Of a DNA stretch of 64,000 nt, positions 11,710-25,675 are shown piece by piece. Both the position numbers and the translations under genes were made by a program. The notes beneath the pieces were generated by a model, which saw nothing but the letters and a program-made list of their open reading frames with translations, was not told where the DNA came from and made no database searches. This DNA is from Hyaloraphidium curvatum SAG 235-1 (Eukaryota; Fungi; Monoblepharomycota), in NCBI GenBank assembly GCA_025558095.1, contig JAIVFI010000017.1:434001-498000 (forward strand). The letters run 5' to 3'. Numbering within the stretch: position 1 is the stretch's first letter; each line of letters starts with the position of its first letter.

Positions 11710-14360
11710 ATGAAGTTCCTGCCCGACATCGCCCCGCCGCCGCCGCGTGACAGCTTCCTGCCGTCGCGCAAGCCGACCTCGTTCCACATCGACCTGCCCG
11801 AGCGGCCGTCGCTGCCGCTGGGCTCCGTCACCCGCATCGACGACCCGCACGCGCGCGCACTCCGCGGCACAGACGACCCGCCCCGCGAGAACGGCCCGCC
11901 GCAGACGCTGGCGCAGTTCCGCGCAGGGAAGCTCAAGGACATGGACTCGGCGGGGTCGTGGGGCCCGTACCTCGGCCTCGGCGGGCCCGACTCGGGCCCG
12001 CTGAGCCCGTTCGCCTTCGCGGACCGCGGCAGGCAGCACGCGCAGCACCACACGGGGCAGCAGGACGCGGCAGGCGGCTCACAGGGCGAGTTCCGCGGGC
12101 TCAACAATCCGTCGCCCATGCCAAACGACTTCCTCAACCTGGACCAGCGCTCCGACATCTCGCGCTTCCTCTCGCTCGCGAACCGCGGCGGGTCGTCGAC
12201 GCCGGGGTCCGCCGCCGAGAGCCACGGCAACGGCACCGCGGGCCAGCAGCAGGCCGCCCAGGTCACCATCGCAAACATGGAGCCCAACTCCACCCCGCCG
12301 GTCGCATCGGGCCCGCAGTGGACTGCCGGCGGCTTCTGGCTCAACCGCTCCGGCGGCCTGCAGTCCGCGTCGGGCGAGGGCCGCGCCATGGCCCAGCCGG
12401 GGGCCGTGCAGCGCACGCCGTCGTTCCCGCACGTCTCCGCCCACCTGCAGCAGCCGCAGGCCCAGATCCTGCAGCAGCCCGGCCTCGACCGCGCGCCGAC
12501 CGCCCCCGCGGGCTTCGGCGTGGTCGGCCCCGGGCTGCAGAGCGCGCTGGCCGGCTTGCAGTCGATCAACTCGGCCATGCAGCAGTACGCGCAGCAGCTC
12601 GGCCGGCAGCAGCCCGGGGGCAGCGGCGACTCGGGCGTCTTTGTGCAATCCGGCTACCTCGCCAGCAGGTCCTTCCCCGGCATGCCCGCCGCCTCGGCCG
12701 GCCCGGCGATCCCCGCGGTGCAGGTGCAGGCGCCGACGTCGGGTCTGGACGAGCTGCGCACGCGCAGTTTCCCCTTCCCGGCGCGCGCGGCGCCGTCGCT
12801 GCGGAGCATGTCCTTCACCGACCTCGCCCCCTCCCGCGCCGCGGCGGCAGCGCAGCCGGGGAACAACGTGCCCGTGTACGCCCCCGTGAGCCAGGAGGTC
12901 CAGGCGCAGCTGGAGGAGTGGCAGAAGCTGGGCCTGATCTCGGCGCCCGGCGCCGCGCAGACGGCCGCGCAGCGCTCGGCAGCAGAGGCGCAGAGGCAGG
13001 CCATGGCGTTCGCCGTCGCCGCATCGCAGGCGTCGCAGGCGCTCGAGCACCAGCGCGCGCTGTCGGGCGGGGCCCTGAGCTCGCGGTCGTTTTCGGGGGG
13101 GCAGCAGCAGCACCCGTCGCCCTACGTCGCGCCGATGGATCTCAACTCGTCCAGCGGCGGCCGCGCGGGTGCGAACGGCGGCGCGGCCCGCGGCCCGACG
13201 CAACCCGTGCACCTCGGCACCCTCGCCCCGGAATCCTCCCGCGTGGACCTGAGCTCGCTCTCTGGCACCGCGCTGTTCCCGCCCGCGCGCAGGGTCTCCA
13301 CGAACGTGCCCCCCGCGGCGATGCAGACGAGCCCGCTGTCGCCGCTGCGCACGGGATCCGGGGACCGCGCGGCGATGGTGCCGACGACGGGCCCGTTCTA
13401 CTCCAAGTCGGCCCCCGCGACGGCGGCGCCCGAGTCGGAGGAGGAGACGGACGAGGAGGACGAGTACGAGGAGGAGGACGACGACGACGACGGGAGCGAC
13501 GACGGGGCCACGGGCAAGCGGCGCCGGCGCGACTCGGACGGCGAGTTCGGCGGGCCCCGCCGCCGCCGCAAGTCCTCGCACCCCGCCGCCCCCCGCGCCC
13601 CGCGTACCCCCGCCGACGGCGCCGCCCATTCGGCGCCCGCGCACGGCGCCGCGGCGGGGTCGATCGAGGAGGGCGACGAGAGCCTGGTGGGCATCTCGAC
13701 GGACAAGGCCAAGCTGCAGGCGATCCTGGCCACGGCGCCCTACAGCAAGTCCACGGGGGACTACCTGTGCCCGGTGTGCACCAAGGGGTTCAAGAAGCCG
13801 GTGCTGCTCAAGAGCCACCTCAAGATGCACGACCCGCAGAAGAGCCACCAGGTGGGTTTCGGGCGGGCCGTGATTGGCTGCTGTCTCTCATCGTTGAAAT
13901 CCGTGGTGGAAACCCACAGTGCGACTACTGCGACCGTACCTTCCTCCGCGCGCACGACAAGCACCGGCACGTGCGCTCGATCCACATGGAGAAGAAGCAG
14001 TTCGTCTGCCCCACCTGCGGCGCGCAGTTCGCCCGCTCCGACGCGCTCCGCCGGCACACGGGCCGCGACAACACGCCGTGCTACGGCAAGGTCGCCAAGG
14101 GCAAGAAGGGCGTGCGGCTGGTCACCATCATCCCCGAGGCGGTGCTCGGCGCCGAGCCGCGGCCCAAGCAGCCCGAGCGGCGCGCTGCGGCGCCTGCGGC
14201 CCCCGCGGCGCCGGTGCTCCCGTTCAAGCTGGACCCGCCGCGGCCGGGCAAGCGGCGGCGGAGGGCGTGGGACGACGAGGATTCGGACGGGAGCGAGGGG
14301 GGGAGCGAGGCGGCGTCGCCGGCGGTCAGGGGGAGCGACAGGGACGGGGTTTACGACTAG
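11710..14360 (+). CDS. C2H2 zinc-finger transcription factor (3 fingers)
   Basis: CPVCTKGFKKPVLLKSHLKMH, CDYCDRTFLRAHDKHRHVRSIH, CPTCGAQFARSDALRRH; acidic tract and KRRRR NLS-like motifs; intron ~13852-13919. Confidence 0.9.
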
Positions 14361-14730
14361 GTCCGGGGGCGGACGGGGATGTATATTTGGTGGCGGTTGC
14401 TACGGCGGGTCTGTTTCATGTCTAGAGGGCAGCGCGATCCGATTTCTTGTCTGCGTGCGGGATGTGTGATCGGGAGCGGCGATCGCCGGTTTCGCGGCCC
14501 GGGATCGAGACAATCCGTGATTCGGAGTGTTGTGGACGTTCTTCGGTCGTTGATGCTGTGCGTACGGAGTCAATGCTGGGTTGGAGACGTTTGCTGGGGC
14601 GCGGTGCTCCCCAGCCACGGCTGCTGCGCCGCGTCGGCCAAGGCGACTGCGGTTGATTCGATTTCGGTGTCACACGGACAGGCGATGCGCTGTCTCCGGA
14701 CCACCAGACCGTCGCATGCCGCCTAGGAAC

Positions 14731-17705
14731 ATGGGATCCCGCACGCGGCCGCGGCCGGCCGCCGCCGAGGGCGCCGTTGCCCGCCCGGCCCGGACGACTG
14801 CCGCCGGCCCGCCCGCGGGTCCGCGGCACCGCTCGCGCCGGCGTCCGCCGCCGCCGCTCCCCGCGGGGCCGCACGGCGCGCTTGCCGTCGGGGGGCACGC
14901 GGCCGCGGAAGGCGCCGCCGCGCCCCCGAACGCCCCTCGGGTGACACGCACAGACTGCGCAACGACATCCGCCTCCACGGCACGGGCATCGCCGGCCGGG
15001 CGCGCAGCCGGCGCCCCCGCCCTCCTCTCCGCGCTCCTCGTTTCCCTCCTTGCCGCCCTCCTCGCCGCCGCTCCCGCCGCCGCGATGGCCCTCTGGCCCC
15101 AAGAGGTCCCCGTGCTGGCCTCGAACTCGTCCGACGCCGCAAGTCCGAGGTCGTTGGCCGCTCCGGATGAGGTACATGCCGCTCTTGGCGCGCTTCCGCA
15201 CGCTCAGGCTCACGCGGATCGGTTCCCCCGCGCAGAACCTCGCCGAGCCGCTCACCGGCTTCGTTAACCCGCTCGAAAAGTGCCAGAACGTGCGCTGGGA
15301 CGCGGACTTTTCGCACAACCCCGAGCCCGGCATGCCGCCGCGCTACGTGCCCGTCTGCGCGGACCTGACACCCGCCGAGGCCCGCCGCCTCGAGCGCGCC
15401 AGGCGCCTGGAGGACCGCCAGACGCAGCAGCCTTTTTCCATCCGCTTCACCTGCACCGACACGACCAACGCCGTGTGCGAAAAGGCCAAGACGGGCTTCG
15501 AAAAGGCGGGGCAGCGGCTCGCGCAGGCGCTCAAGATCGACAGGACCATCGTGGTCCAGGCGACTTTCAAGAGCTTCTGCCAGGGGCAGGGGTCGTCGTG
15601 CTCGCTGAGGAACACGCTGGGGCAGGCCGCGGCGTCTTCCTACCTCCAGGGTCGCTTCGGCGATGACGGACCCTGGCTATTCCCCCAGGTAGGGGCAATG
15701 CGAGTCCCGTTGGACTCCATCCCGTGCTAATGCATCCCCACGCCCCGCAGTCGCTGTTCAAGCAGATCAGCAACGGAGCCGCGGTGCAGCTCAAGGACGT
15801 CGACATCATCGCCGAGTTCAACACCGACTTCAACTTCTGGTTCCCCGGCGACAACCAAATCACCTTCAACCAGGTTGACTTTGAGCTCGTCGTTGCGCAC
15901 GAATTCGTGGGTCTCCTTCAGTCCGCATCATCTGCACTTCGCTTATGCACGTACGCCCCTTGCAGACGCACGGCCTCGGCCTGACCTCGGGCTGGAACAC
16001 GTGGTTCAGCAGCGTATACCCCATCCTGCCCTCGCAGGACTTCCTCACCCCCTCCATCTTCATCCAATCCCCCGTGGGCGACGCCTCGCCCAACAACTAC
16101 TTCTTCGCCGGATGGCAGCAGCTCCAGATCCTGGACAAGTACATATACGCCGTCGGCTCCGGCAAGTCCCTGGTGGACTCTGCAAAGACCATCACCTCCT
16201 TCACGGGTTCGTCCGGCACGCGGCTCAGCTCCTGGATCACGCAGTTCCAGCAGTCGGGCGCCCCCTACGCCGAGGCGAAGAGCGTCTACAGCATCGCCAC
16301 CTCGGGCTACCGCCAGCTCGAGTTCCGCATCCCAACCAACGCTGCGTCGCAGGGCGGCACCATTGTGTACCTGCAGACCGTCCCCGGCCGCTGGCTCCCC
16401 GGCTCCTCCATCGCCCACGTGGACCTGCAGGACGAGGGCACGGGCCCGGACTTTCTCATGATCCCCGACGTGACCAGCCTGACGGGGCGCACGCTCGACA
16501 ACATCCTGGCCACGCAGGCGCCCGGCTGGAAGTACGGCGCCATCGGCCCGCAGCTGGCGGGCATGCTGAGCGCCATGGGGTGGCCCACGCTCATCGCCGC
16601 GGGGGACTCGAACGCGCCCGTCGGGAACGGCACGGGCAACGGGACGAGCACCACCACCCGCCCGCCGCGGCCCACGTCGTCGCCGACCTCGTTCACCCCC
16701 GTCGCCCCCGTGCCGGTCGGCTCCGCGCAGCCCTCGACCATCGGCCCTTTCACCATCCCGCAGTTTGTCGGCGTGGTGGTCGGCAGCGTCGCCGCCGCGG
16801 CCGCGATCGCGGCCGGCGCCATCTGGCTGGCGAGGCGGGGCAAGAAAAAGGAGGGCCAGGCCAACGGGCACGCCAACGGGAACGGGTACCCGAACGGAAA
16901 CGGTTATTCCGGAGACTACCCGTACTCGGGCAGCGGGGACTACCCGCTCGCAGCGTACCCGGCCGCGCCGCCGCCGGCGGTGCAGCCCGCCCCGCGCAAC
17001 GCGGTCGCGCCGGCGTACTACCCTGGGGAGATCCCTGCGGGTGCCGCCGTCTACGCGTACACGCCTGGATCGGGAGCCTACCCCGTGTCCAACGGCGTCC
17101 CGACGTACCCCGCCGCCGCTGCCGCGTACGCGGCACCGGCGGCTCCGCCCGCGCCGTACCGCGCGGCCTCGAACGATCCTTACCTGGCGTCGACGACCAC
17201 GAACGCAGCCACGCGCAATGCGCGCGGGGTCTACGCCGTCGCCGCGGGCACCGCGCTCAGCCCTCAGGAGGCCTCGGACCTCGAATATGCGAAAGCTCTC
17301 CAGGAACAGGAGGAGGCTTTGGCCGGCGTGCGCCTCGCGCACGTCGCTACGCCGCCGCCGATTGTCCCGGCCAGGCCCGCGCCGGCACCTCCGCTCCCCG
17401 CGCGCCGGACCGCGACCTCCTTCGCCGCGCCTGCGGTGCCGGAGTCGGACTACGAGCTCGCGAGGCGGCTGCAGGCAGAGGAGGACGCCAGGGTCGCCGC
17501 CGCGCCGTCCACGCCGCCGAGGCCTTCCCCGCGGCCGGCACCCGCCGGGCCCAGGCCACTGCCGCAGAGCAGCAGCTTCTCATCCGACGTGGGCATCGAG
17601 ACGCCCACGTACGGCTCGGTGCAGGACAGGATCAGGATGCTCAACGCCTCGACAACCGGGACGGGTGGTAGCCGGCCGGCGGGATCGTACCTCGACCAGC
17701 AATGA
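14731..17705 (+). CDS. Single-pass membrane protein with zincin-like (HExxH) ectodomain and Tyr/Pro-rich tail
   Basis: Hydrophobic signal ALLSALLVSLLAALLAAA; spliced DFELVVAHEF|THGLG (intron 15907-15965); GSSIAHVD; TM FVGVVVGSVAAAAAIAAGAIWLA-RRGKKK; start uncertain. Confidence 0.7.
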
Positions 17706-17827
17706 AGACTTGACGACCCGCGAGGACTTGTAGATACGACGGATATCAAGCTTGGCGGAGAGATCAAGCATGTTCTACCATTACGATACATTAGTCTGGA
17801 ATGAGACACGTTGCGTGCCCTCGTTTT

Positions 17828-19888
17828 TCACCCGCCCTTGGCGGCCGCCTTGTGCTCGGCCTGCTCCGCGGCCTTGCGCACGTCCCGCAGGCTCTCGATG
17901 AGGACCTGCTTGAAGGTCGCGGCGTTGGTGGTCTTGCAGGCGTTGCGGGCGGTGACGGAGGCCGTCAGCCAGTTGTCCTGCAGGTTGTAGTTGCTCCCTG
18001 CACGACCGGGGAAGGAATGAGCCAACTCAAGTTCGAAATGATGGGAGTGGCAACCCACCGTATCCGTCCGGGTAGACGGGCCCGAACCCGGCCATCGTCT
18101 TGTCCGACACGCTCAGGTTGCTCGTCGAAAGCATCCACTTGCTCCCGCGCTTGTACACCACGTCGTCGAGCAGCGCCGGCCGGGCGTCGCCCTCGCGGAG
18201 CTGGCACGACAGGCCGAGCAGGTGCCGGTCGACGCCCTTGCCCGCCGTCGCGAGCTTCATGTAGGCGATGTGCTGCGCGCACGCCTCGCGGAGCTGCGTG
18301 ATGGAGGTGGCAGCAGGAACCCGGCCGAAATTCCTGGTAAACTGTTCCGAAGCAACGGAGAGAGTGCGGCAGGTCTCGGTGCGGCCGTTGAAGAACTGCC
18401 TCGTGGAGGCGGACTCTGAAATGGTCATCAGAAGGCGATTGCCAAAGCACCCGCAAAGGACCCACCGTATGTCGCCGTCGGGTGGGCGTACATCCGGGCC
18501 CAGGTAAGCTGGAGCATCATCTGGAAGAAGGCATCCGGCGACACCTTGAGGTGCGCCTTGACCCAGCCGGCCCCATACTCGTCGAAATAGCAAACTTTCG
18601 ACTCCAAGTCGGCGATCTGCTCTGCGCTGAATGTGCGCGCGGCGCCAATGTCGGCGGCGATCTGGGCGTCCACATCCCACTCGAGCTTCTTGGGCGCGGG
18701 AAGGTGGTACGAGCGGTCGACGTGGGCAGGGTCCTTGGCCGGCTCCTGGTTGAGCACCCATCCGACGATGGTGTTGCAGCTGGCGCCGTCGGTGGGGGTG
18801 TGCTCGCCCATGACGCCTCCGCGGCCGTCGTTTGCGCAGACGAATTGCAGCGACTTGTCAACCCAACGGTTGCGGCACTCGGGCCCTCCGTGGAGGAACT
18901 GCCGCGCGCGCGCCTCGAGGTCTTCGTCCTTGCCGTAGTCGAGGGGCGCCCCCGTGTTGTAGTCGTCAAGGTTGATCACGAAGAGGGCGTCGTTCATGAT
19001 GTCGACGTTCTTCCGGTTCCGGTCCGAGAGCGAGCGGAGGTGCGTGTAGGACTTGTAGTACGTGTCGCGGTCCGCGGTCGACAGCTGCCCGATGGCGGGC
19101 TGCAGCTTCGAGACGCGCGCGTCCTCGATGGCATGCTTGAACAGGTGCTCGATCTGGCTGATGGGCACGCGCTCCCCGTGCTTGCCCACGACGTCGACGA
19201 CGTACATCTGGTCCTTGATCATCAGGATGATGTGGCGCGCCTTGGCGGGGAACGGGACTAGGATGGTGTCGGCCACGTCGCCGGGAACCCTCGTTCCACC
19301 AAAGAATTTCCCATACTGATCCATGCTAAAGGGCACGGTCTTTTGCTTGTCCATGTACTCAGCGGGGAGCTTCTCCGAGTCGACAAGCTCCTTGTAGTCC
19401 AGCAGGAGCGAGGTCCAACCAGCAGCGCGGCGGACCTGGTAGTCCGAAAAGGTGCCCGGTGCCGGCGGCTCCTGTCGCAGCTCCTTGGGATAGTCCGAGG
19501 GCTCCGTCAGCATCGTGAGGTAGTAGGACACGTTCAGGACCGAGCTGTCGCGGTACTCGACATATGCCTTGTGGAGCCAAAGGTCATCGAGCCAGTTGCG
19601 CTTGCCCTCGGCATCTTTCAGCAGCCGCTTCTGCAGTTCCTGGCCAATCCCGCCTGGCGCGGCAAACTCGGCGGCCTTGGCGTTGACCGCTTTCCATTCC
19701 GCATCGGTCCAGGCCAGCGGCCGCAGGGTGTTGAGTAGGAGCGGGATGGTCTCGTTCTCAAGCGAAGGGACGGGAAGGCTCGGAAGCCGGGACTGGTTCG
19801 AGAAGGTCCCGTGCGGATGGGCAGCGGTTGCGAGTCGCCGGCTCGCGCCCGCGAACGGGCCGGAGACCAGCCGCGGAAGCCGCGTCAT
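17828..19888 (-). CDS. Carnitine O-acyltransferase (CAT2/CrAT-like), mitochondrial presequence
   Basis: LPSLPVPSLE, NWLDDLW, NRWVDKSLQF, catalytic GEHTPTDG, ATY|ESASTRQFFNGRTET, GKGVDRHLLGL, LSTSN. Confidence 0.93.
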
Positions 19889-20411
19889 GGTGGCGTGGCG
19901 TCTGTGGCGCCGGGAAGTTGCGTGGGGGACGGCAAGAAACTTTGCCGCTTTGCCGCGGGCCCGCAGCGGAGACGAAGCGTCACGCCCAGCTCATGGACCT
20001 CACATTTCTCCCTCGTCGTGTTGGAGATCAAAGTTTATGTTACTAGTTGCAGTCTCCATGTTTCATCCCAGGGTTCAAGTGCCGGGGTACGATCGTGTAA
20101 GGCTAGGCCGTTCAGTTCGGGACGACGAAAGCCGTTCCGACCGAGCGAATCCGCTGTTTGCTCTTGCTAGGAGGAGGAAGATATAAAAGTAATGATGGGG
20201 CCGCTACAACCTGAACCTGAACGGAAGGCTTTTCGGATCGGGCGGGGTCCCAGGCGGGGGCCTTTCATCCGGTGGTCGGCGGAGGATTCCCAAACCGCCG
20301 GAACGCAAGAACTCTAATCGAACCACCCAAGGCGGCCGTTGGCCACCAGCAAATCGCTGCCTTGCGTGCTACATTTTGCCCACACCGTTCTCTGCGTACT
20401 CCCGGGCCACG

Positions 20412-23400
20412 ATGTCGTCGCCGGAGACCGTGGGCGTCACGGGACATCCCGCGGACGCAACGCCCAGCTCGCCGGACGCGAATCCCGCTCCGATTCTCTC
20501 CTCCGATGCGCCGAAAGCCTCGGGCGTGAGCTTCCAACCGGTCGTGGAGGACCCGCCCGCTCTCGATCCGCCGACCGGCCTCGAAGTTCCTGGCGCGTCC
20601 CAACCTGCGGACTTCAATGCGGGGAGAAGGCGGTCCTCTGCGTTCCGCACGAAGTCAGGCAATCTCATCGATGGAACGCACATCGGCGTGTTTGAGGAGC
20701 AGATTTCTTCGGCCGGCGAGGGCGTTTTGGAGGGCGATTCTTCGAAGAAGGCGTTCGACATGACCGCCTTTCTGGAGAAGCTTCGCGCCGAGGACGAGAA
20801 GGCGGGCGACGTGCGCGATGTCCTTCTTACCTGGGAGGGCATCACGGTGAAGACTGCGCGCTCGTCGACCCAGGAGGGCATCCCGGTGTTCTGGGAGCCG
20901 GTGAAGAGGCTGCTCAGCTTGCCGTGGACGATTGCTGCCAAAGTCTCTGCCAAGAAGGCGGCCAAGGAAGCAGCTGCAAATGGCTCTTCTCCTGCCGCAC
21001 CGGCCGTCGACAAGACCGTCCTGAACGACGTCTCGGGGTTCTGCCGGGGAGGCGAGGTGTGTTCTTCAGCGTGGTTGCCGTCTTCATCGCTGACCGAAAG
21101 CTTCATGTGGCAGATGGTCTTGATCCTGGGAAAGCCGGATTCCGGAGCGTCCAGCCTTGTTCGCGTACTCGGCCAACAGGGCCGCTACTTCAAGAGCTGC
21201 GTTGGGAAGATCGAGATGAACGGCGTCGACTCGGTCCCCTGGATGAAAGAATACGGATCGGAGCTCTATTACTCGGGCGACGAGGACCTCCATCTGCCCA
21301 GCCTGACGGTCTCGCAGACTTTCGACTACGCGCTGCAGTACCGAGAGAAGGACCCCGCGCGGCGCCAGGAATGGCTCGAATGGCTCGTGACATGGCTCGG
21401 CCTGGGCAAGGCGAAGGACACGATCGTGGGCGACTCTTTCCTGCGCGGGGTCAGCGGCGGTGAGAGGCGCCGAGTGTCAGTGGGGGAGCAGCTCGCGGCC
21501 AATGCCACGGTCAACTGCTGGGATCAGCCGACAAAGGGCCTAGACTCGACCTACGCGCTCGTCGTCTGCAAGGGGCTCCGTCTCCTCAATTCGATCCTCA
21601 ACAAGACGTCGGTCTGCTACCTCAACCAGGTTTCGCAGCAGATCTACGAGCTCTTCGATAGCGTCATCGTACTCGCCGAAGGCCGCGTGATCTTCCAGGG
21701 GCCGGGCGACCAGGCCAAAGACTATTTCATTGGCCTTGGATTCGAGCCGTTGCCCAGGTACGTTACATCGCTGGCTTCCTTTTCATGCGTTGACTGTCCT
21801 CTGCTAGGCAATCGACGAGCGACTTTATTCAGCAGTGCACGGAACGCAAGGAGCAGAACGTGCGCCCCGGATTCACAAAGGAGAACGGTCGAGCTCCCCC
21901 CGTAACGGCGGCAGAGTTCGAGGCGGCCTGGAAGGCATCCCCCGAATACGCGAGCTTTCTCAAGGACTTTGCCGAGGTCAAACAGGACAGCGCGGCTCGA
22001 AATGCGGCGTCGACGTTCCACGACGCAGTCATCAGCCACCGCAAGGCGACCTCCGCATCCTCGCCCGACTCTGTCTACCAGACAACGAGGGCGCAGCAGT
22101 TTGCTACGACGGTCAGGCGCGAGTACACCCTGCTCGGAGGCCAGAAGTTCAACGTGGTCGCGAAATGGCTCTTCAACCTGATCATTGCGTTCGTGGTCTC
22201 TTCGTATGCTTTCCAAGCCCCCAACACCGGCAGCGGAGCATTTGCCAAGGCGTCGGGCATCTTCTTCAGCCTTCTCATCAACGCGCTGAACACAAATGCC
22301 GACATCCCGAACGTGCTCAAAGGCAGGCCGGTGATGTACAAGCACAAGAACAACTTCTTTCTGCGTCCGTTTTGGTTCTATCTCGCGACGATCGCCGCGG
22401 ATCTACCCGTTCGGCTGGCCAATATCTTCACCTTCACGGTCATTTACTGTTGGTGTCTGGCCTGCAATGTTGCCGTTCGGATCTAACCAATACTGCATTG
22501 CAGACTGGATGGTTGGCTATCAGGCCTCGGCGGCACACTTCTTCATCTTCTTCCTCTGCCAATTTGTTGCCGGTGTCGCTTATTCGGCCGAGTCTCGCTT
22601 CCTCATCTCGCTTTCGTCCAACGCGGACGTAGCTTTTCGACTCAACGGGCTCCTCATCATACCGTCCATCATCTATTCGGGGTAAGTTCAAGCAAAGCCA
22701 TCCAGACCCCAGGCACAAACTGAAGTCCGAAACAGGTACTTCATTCCCTATTCGAGCGTAAAGCCGTGGTTTGTATGGCAAGTGTCGACCACGTGAGCGC
22801 GCACACTACGAATTTGGCGCTGACAGTGCCCGCTTCTGTAGGCTGTACTGGATCAACCCCCTCGCGTACGCCTTCAAGGCGATGATGGTCAACGAGTTCT
22901 CGGGCCAAACCATCTCGTGCGCCGATTCGTTCTTCCCCCCCTTTCCCAACGTTTCCGCCGAATACAAGACGTGCACCATCCCCGGCTCTCAACCGAATTC
23001 GACCACCGTGAGCGGTGATGACTGGCTGTGGGCAACGCGGCAGATTCCGACGGGCCCTGGTGTGATCTGGTACAGTGGGTGAAGACGGACCTGGCAAAAA
23101 TCACCCGCTGACCCCTGTCCAAGACTTCGCTGCGATCGTGGGCTTGACCATAGTCTACACCCTTCTTGCCGCCATTGTCACGGCCAAGGTTGAGTTCGGC
23201 AAGGGCGGTGTCACTACGAACGTGAGTGTTTTGATTACAGGAGCTTCGAGTGTTCCAACGCCGCCGCCTGCAGATCTTCAAGAAGGGCTTCGTACCGTCG
23301 GAAGCTCCGTCCGCGGCGGGAACCTTCAAGTCTTCCACGATCGCCGGCACGAGGCGCAGCGCAACAACGCAGGCGATTAATGCCGCCGTTCAAGAGCACG

Positions 23401-25675
23401 AGGTCGCGCTGGAGCTTGCTTCTTTGAACCCTCTACGAGCAAACGGCGTCGCGGAGGATCTTCCCGCGCCAAAGCCGTCGATATCCCTGGCCGAAAGGGT
23501 CAAGTCCGCGGAAAGCATTGCCGGACAGCTCCTCGTCAAAGCGCCTACGCTCACGTTTAAGGATCTTTCGTATTTCATTTCGGTTGGGAGGGGCAAAGAG
23601 CGCCAACTCCTCGACTCGGTGTCGGGCAGGATCGTTCCCGGGGCCCTGACGGCCCTGATGGGATTCACGGGCGCCGGCAAGACCACGTTGCAGGACGTGC
23701 TCGCTAGGCGCAAAACGGCGGGCCGGATCGAAGGTACAGTTCTTGTCGACAACGTGCCTCAAGGCGAGGACTTCAAGCGCATCATGGCTTATGCGGAGCA
23801 ATCGGATGTGCTCAACCCGAACTTCACGGTCCGCGAGTCGCTGCGGTTCAGCGCATACTGCCGCCAGCCCGCCGACGTGCCCAAGGAGGAAAAGGATTCG
23901 TACGTCGAGCAGGTCATCGACATCTTGGGGATGCATTCCATCGCCGAGGCGCTCGTCGGCTCGGTGGAGAAGGGCGTCGGAATCGGCCTCGTTGACCGTA
24001 AGAAGCTGAACATCGGCATTCAGGTGGGATTATCGGGCGAGTCGGGCGAGGTTCGCCGCTGACTCCATCTGCTTGCAGCTCGTTGCGAAACCTGAGGTCC
24101 TGATTCTGGACGAGCCGACCTCCGGCCAGGACAGCTTCGCCGCCTTCCAGATCGTGCGGCTGCTGCGCAATCTGGCTGATTTGGGTCTGGCTATCTTCTG
24201 CACGATCCACCAGCCTAGCGCTCTGCTCTTCGAGTACTTCGACAACCTCATCCTTATTGCTAATGGCGGCCGTGCTGTCTACGTCGGCGAGATCGGACCG
24301 GAAGCTGGCGCGGTGTGCGGTTTCTTCGCTCGCAACGGCGCCACGCCGATCGCCGACGGCGAGAATCCCGCCGAGTACTTGCTCGACGCAGGCAACGGGC
24401 TGCGCGACTCCGGAGGCATCAACACGCTCGCCTGGCCGCAGATCTGGAAGGAATCCGCCGAGTACGCTTCGCTCATGGAAACGATCGACAAGACGGTGGC
24501 CGCGGCGGTCGCACCTCCTCCGGACGCCAACACCCGCGAGTTTGCGCTCACCACGGCACAACAGATCCCGCTGGTCGTCGATAGGATGTTTCTAGATTAC
24601 TACCGAGATTTCGGTTACAACTTCGGAAGAATCATTCTCTCGATCATGCAGGGCGTCATTGTCGGGTTTACTTTCTTCCAGTAGGTTGCATCATTCTCTC
24701 GTTCACGCATGGCATAATGCCGGGTTACCTTCTCCAGGATGCCCAACACATTCAACGGCGCTGTTCTGCAGATGTTTGCTCTTTTCAGTGTGACTACTCT
24801 GGGAATACCCTACATCATCACGCCGGTCACCCCGTTCGACGAAAGGCGCAAGTACTTCTACCGGGACTCGGCTTCTGGGATGTACGGGTACCTTCCGTTC
24901 TCGCTCGCCATCACGATCGCCGAGCTTCCCTTCGCCATCCTCCCGTCTTGCGTGTTCTTCCTGATCATCTACTGGACCTACGGTGAGGATCTACTGCGTC
25001 GACAGGATTGGATTTTGCTGACGCCTCCGCCCCGATCGCAGGCCTCCAGATGGGGCATCTTGCGCCGCTCATTTTCCTGGCGGGACTCCTTTGCTTCCAC
25101 TATTGGTGCAATTCCTACGGCCAGAGCGTGGCTGCGCTCGCTCCCAACGCCGAGCTGGCCTCGCTCCTCATTTCGCTCTCGGTGACGCTGATGCCGGCCA
25201 TCAGCGGCGTGCCCGTTCCGTACAACGTTCTTCCGAATGCGTGGCTATGGTTCTACTACATCAATCCCTGTGAGTTACTTTTTGTGTGCCGTTGCGATTT
25301 AGCTGACGGTGCTCCGCAGACCACTACAGCGCGGGCATCTTCATCACCAACCAGCTCCACAATCTCCCCCTTACCTGCGTCCCCAGCGACCTCAAGGTCT
25401 TCAACCCCCCTCCCCCGCTCACCTGCGGGACCTACCTCGCGCCCGTGCTGGCCCAGGCGCCGGGATACCTCCTGAACCCCGGTGCGACGTCGGGGTGCGA
25501 GTACTGCCCGATCGACAACGGCGACTCCTTCCTGTCCTACCAGCTGGGCTGGTCTTGGAGCCAGATGGGCCTCTTCTTCGGTGTGCTGATCGCGCTGACG
25601 GTCGTCAACCGGCTTTCGCTCGTGTTCTTCATGTGGCGCAACACGCGGCGGAAGCTGGCGGCTGGGAAGAAGTGA
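20412..25675 (+). CDS. Full-size ABCG/PDR-type ABC transporter (NBD-TMD)2, many introns
   Basis: NBD1 GKPDSGASS, VSGGERRRVS, CWDQPTKGLD; NBD2 GFTGAGKTT, LDEPTSGQD, CTIHQPS; PDR extracellular Cys motifs (CGTYL..CEYC). Confidence 0.93.

Noticed and set aside
9222-12578. 1118-aa minus-strand ORF and many other long overlapping or antisense ORFs (e.g. 11958-14360, 15875-17671, 43853-45766)
   Set aside because: Arg/Pro/Gly/Ala-rich shadow frames expected from very high GC and codon bias; the real genes with recognisable motifs lie in other frames
17760-17860. Possible cryptic peroxisomal PTS1 isoform of the carnitine acyltransferase
   Set aside because: C-terminus is AAKGG*; neither readthrough nor the splice options I tried gave a terminal SKL-like tripeptide
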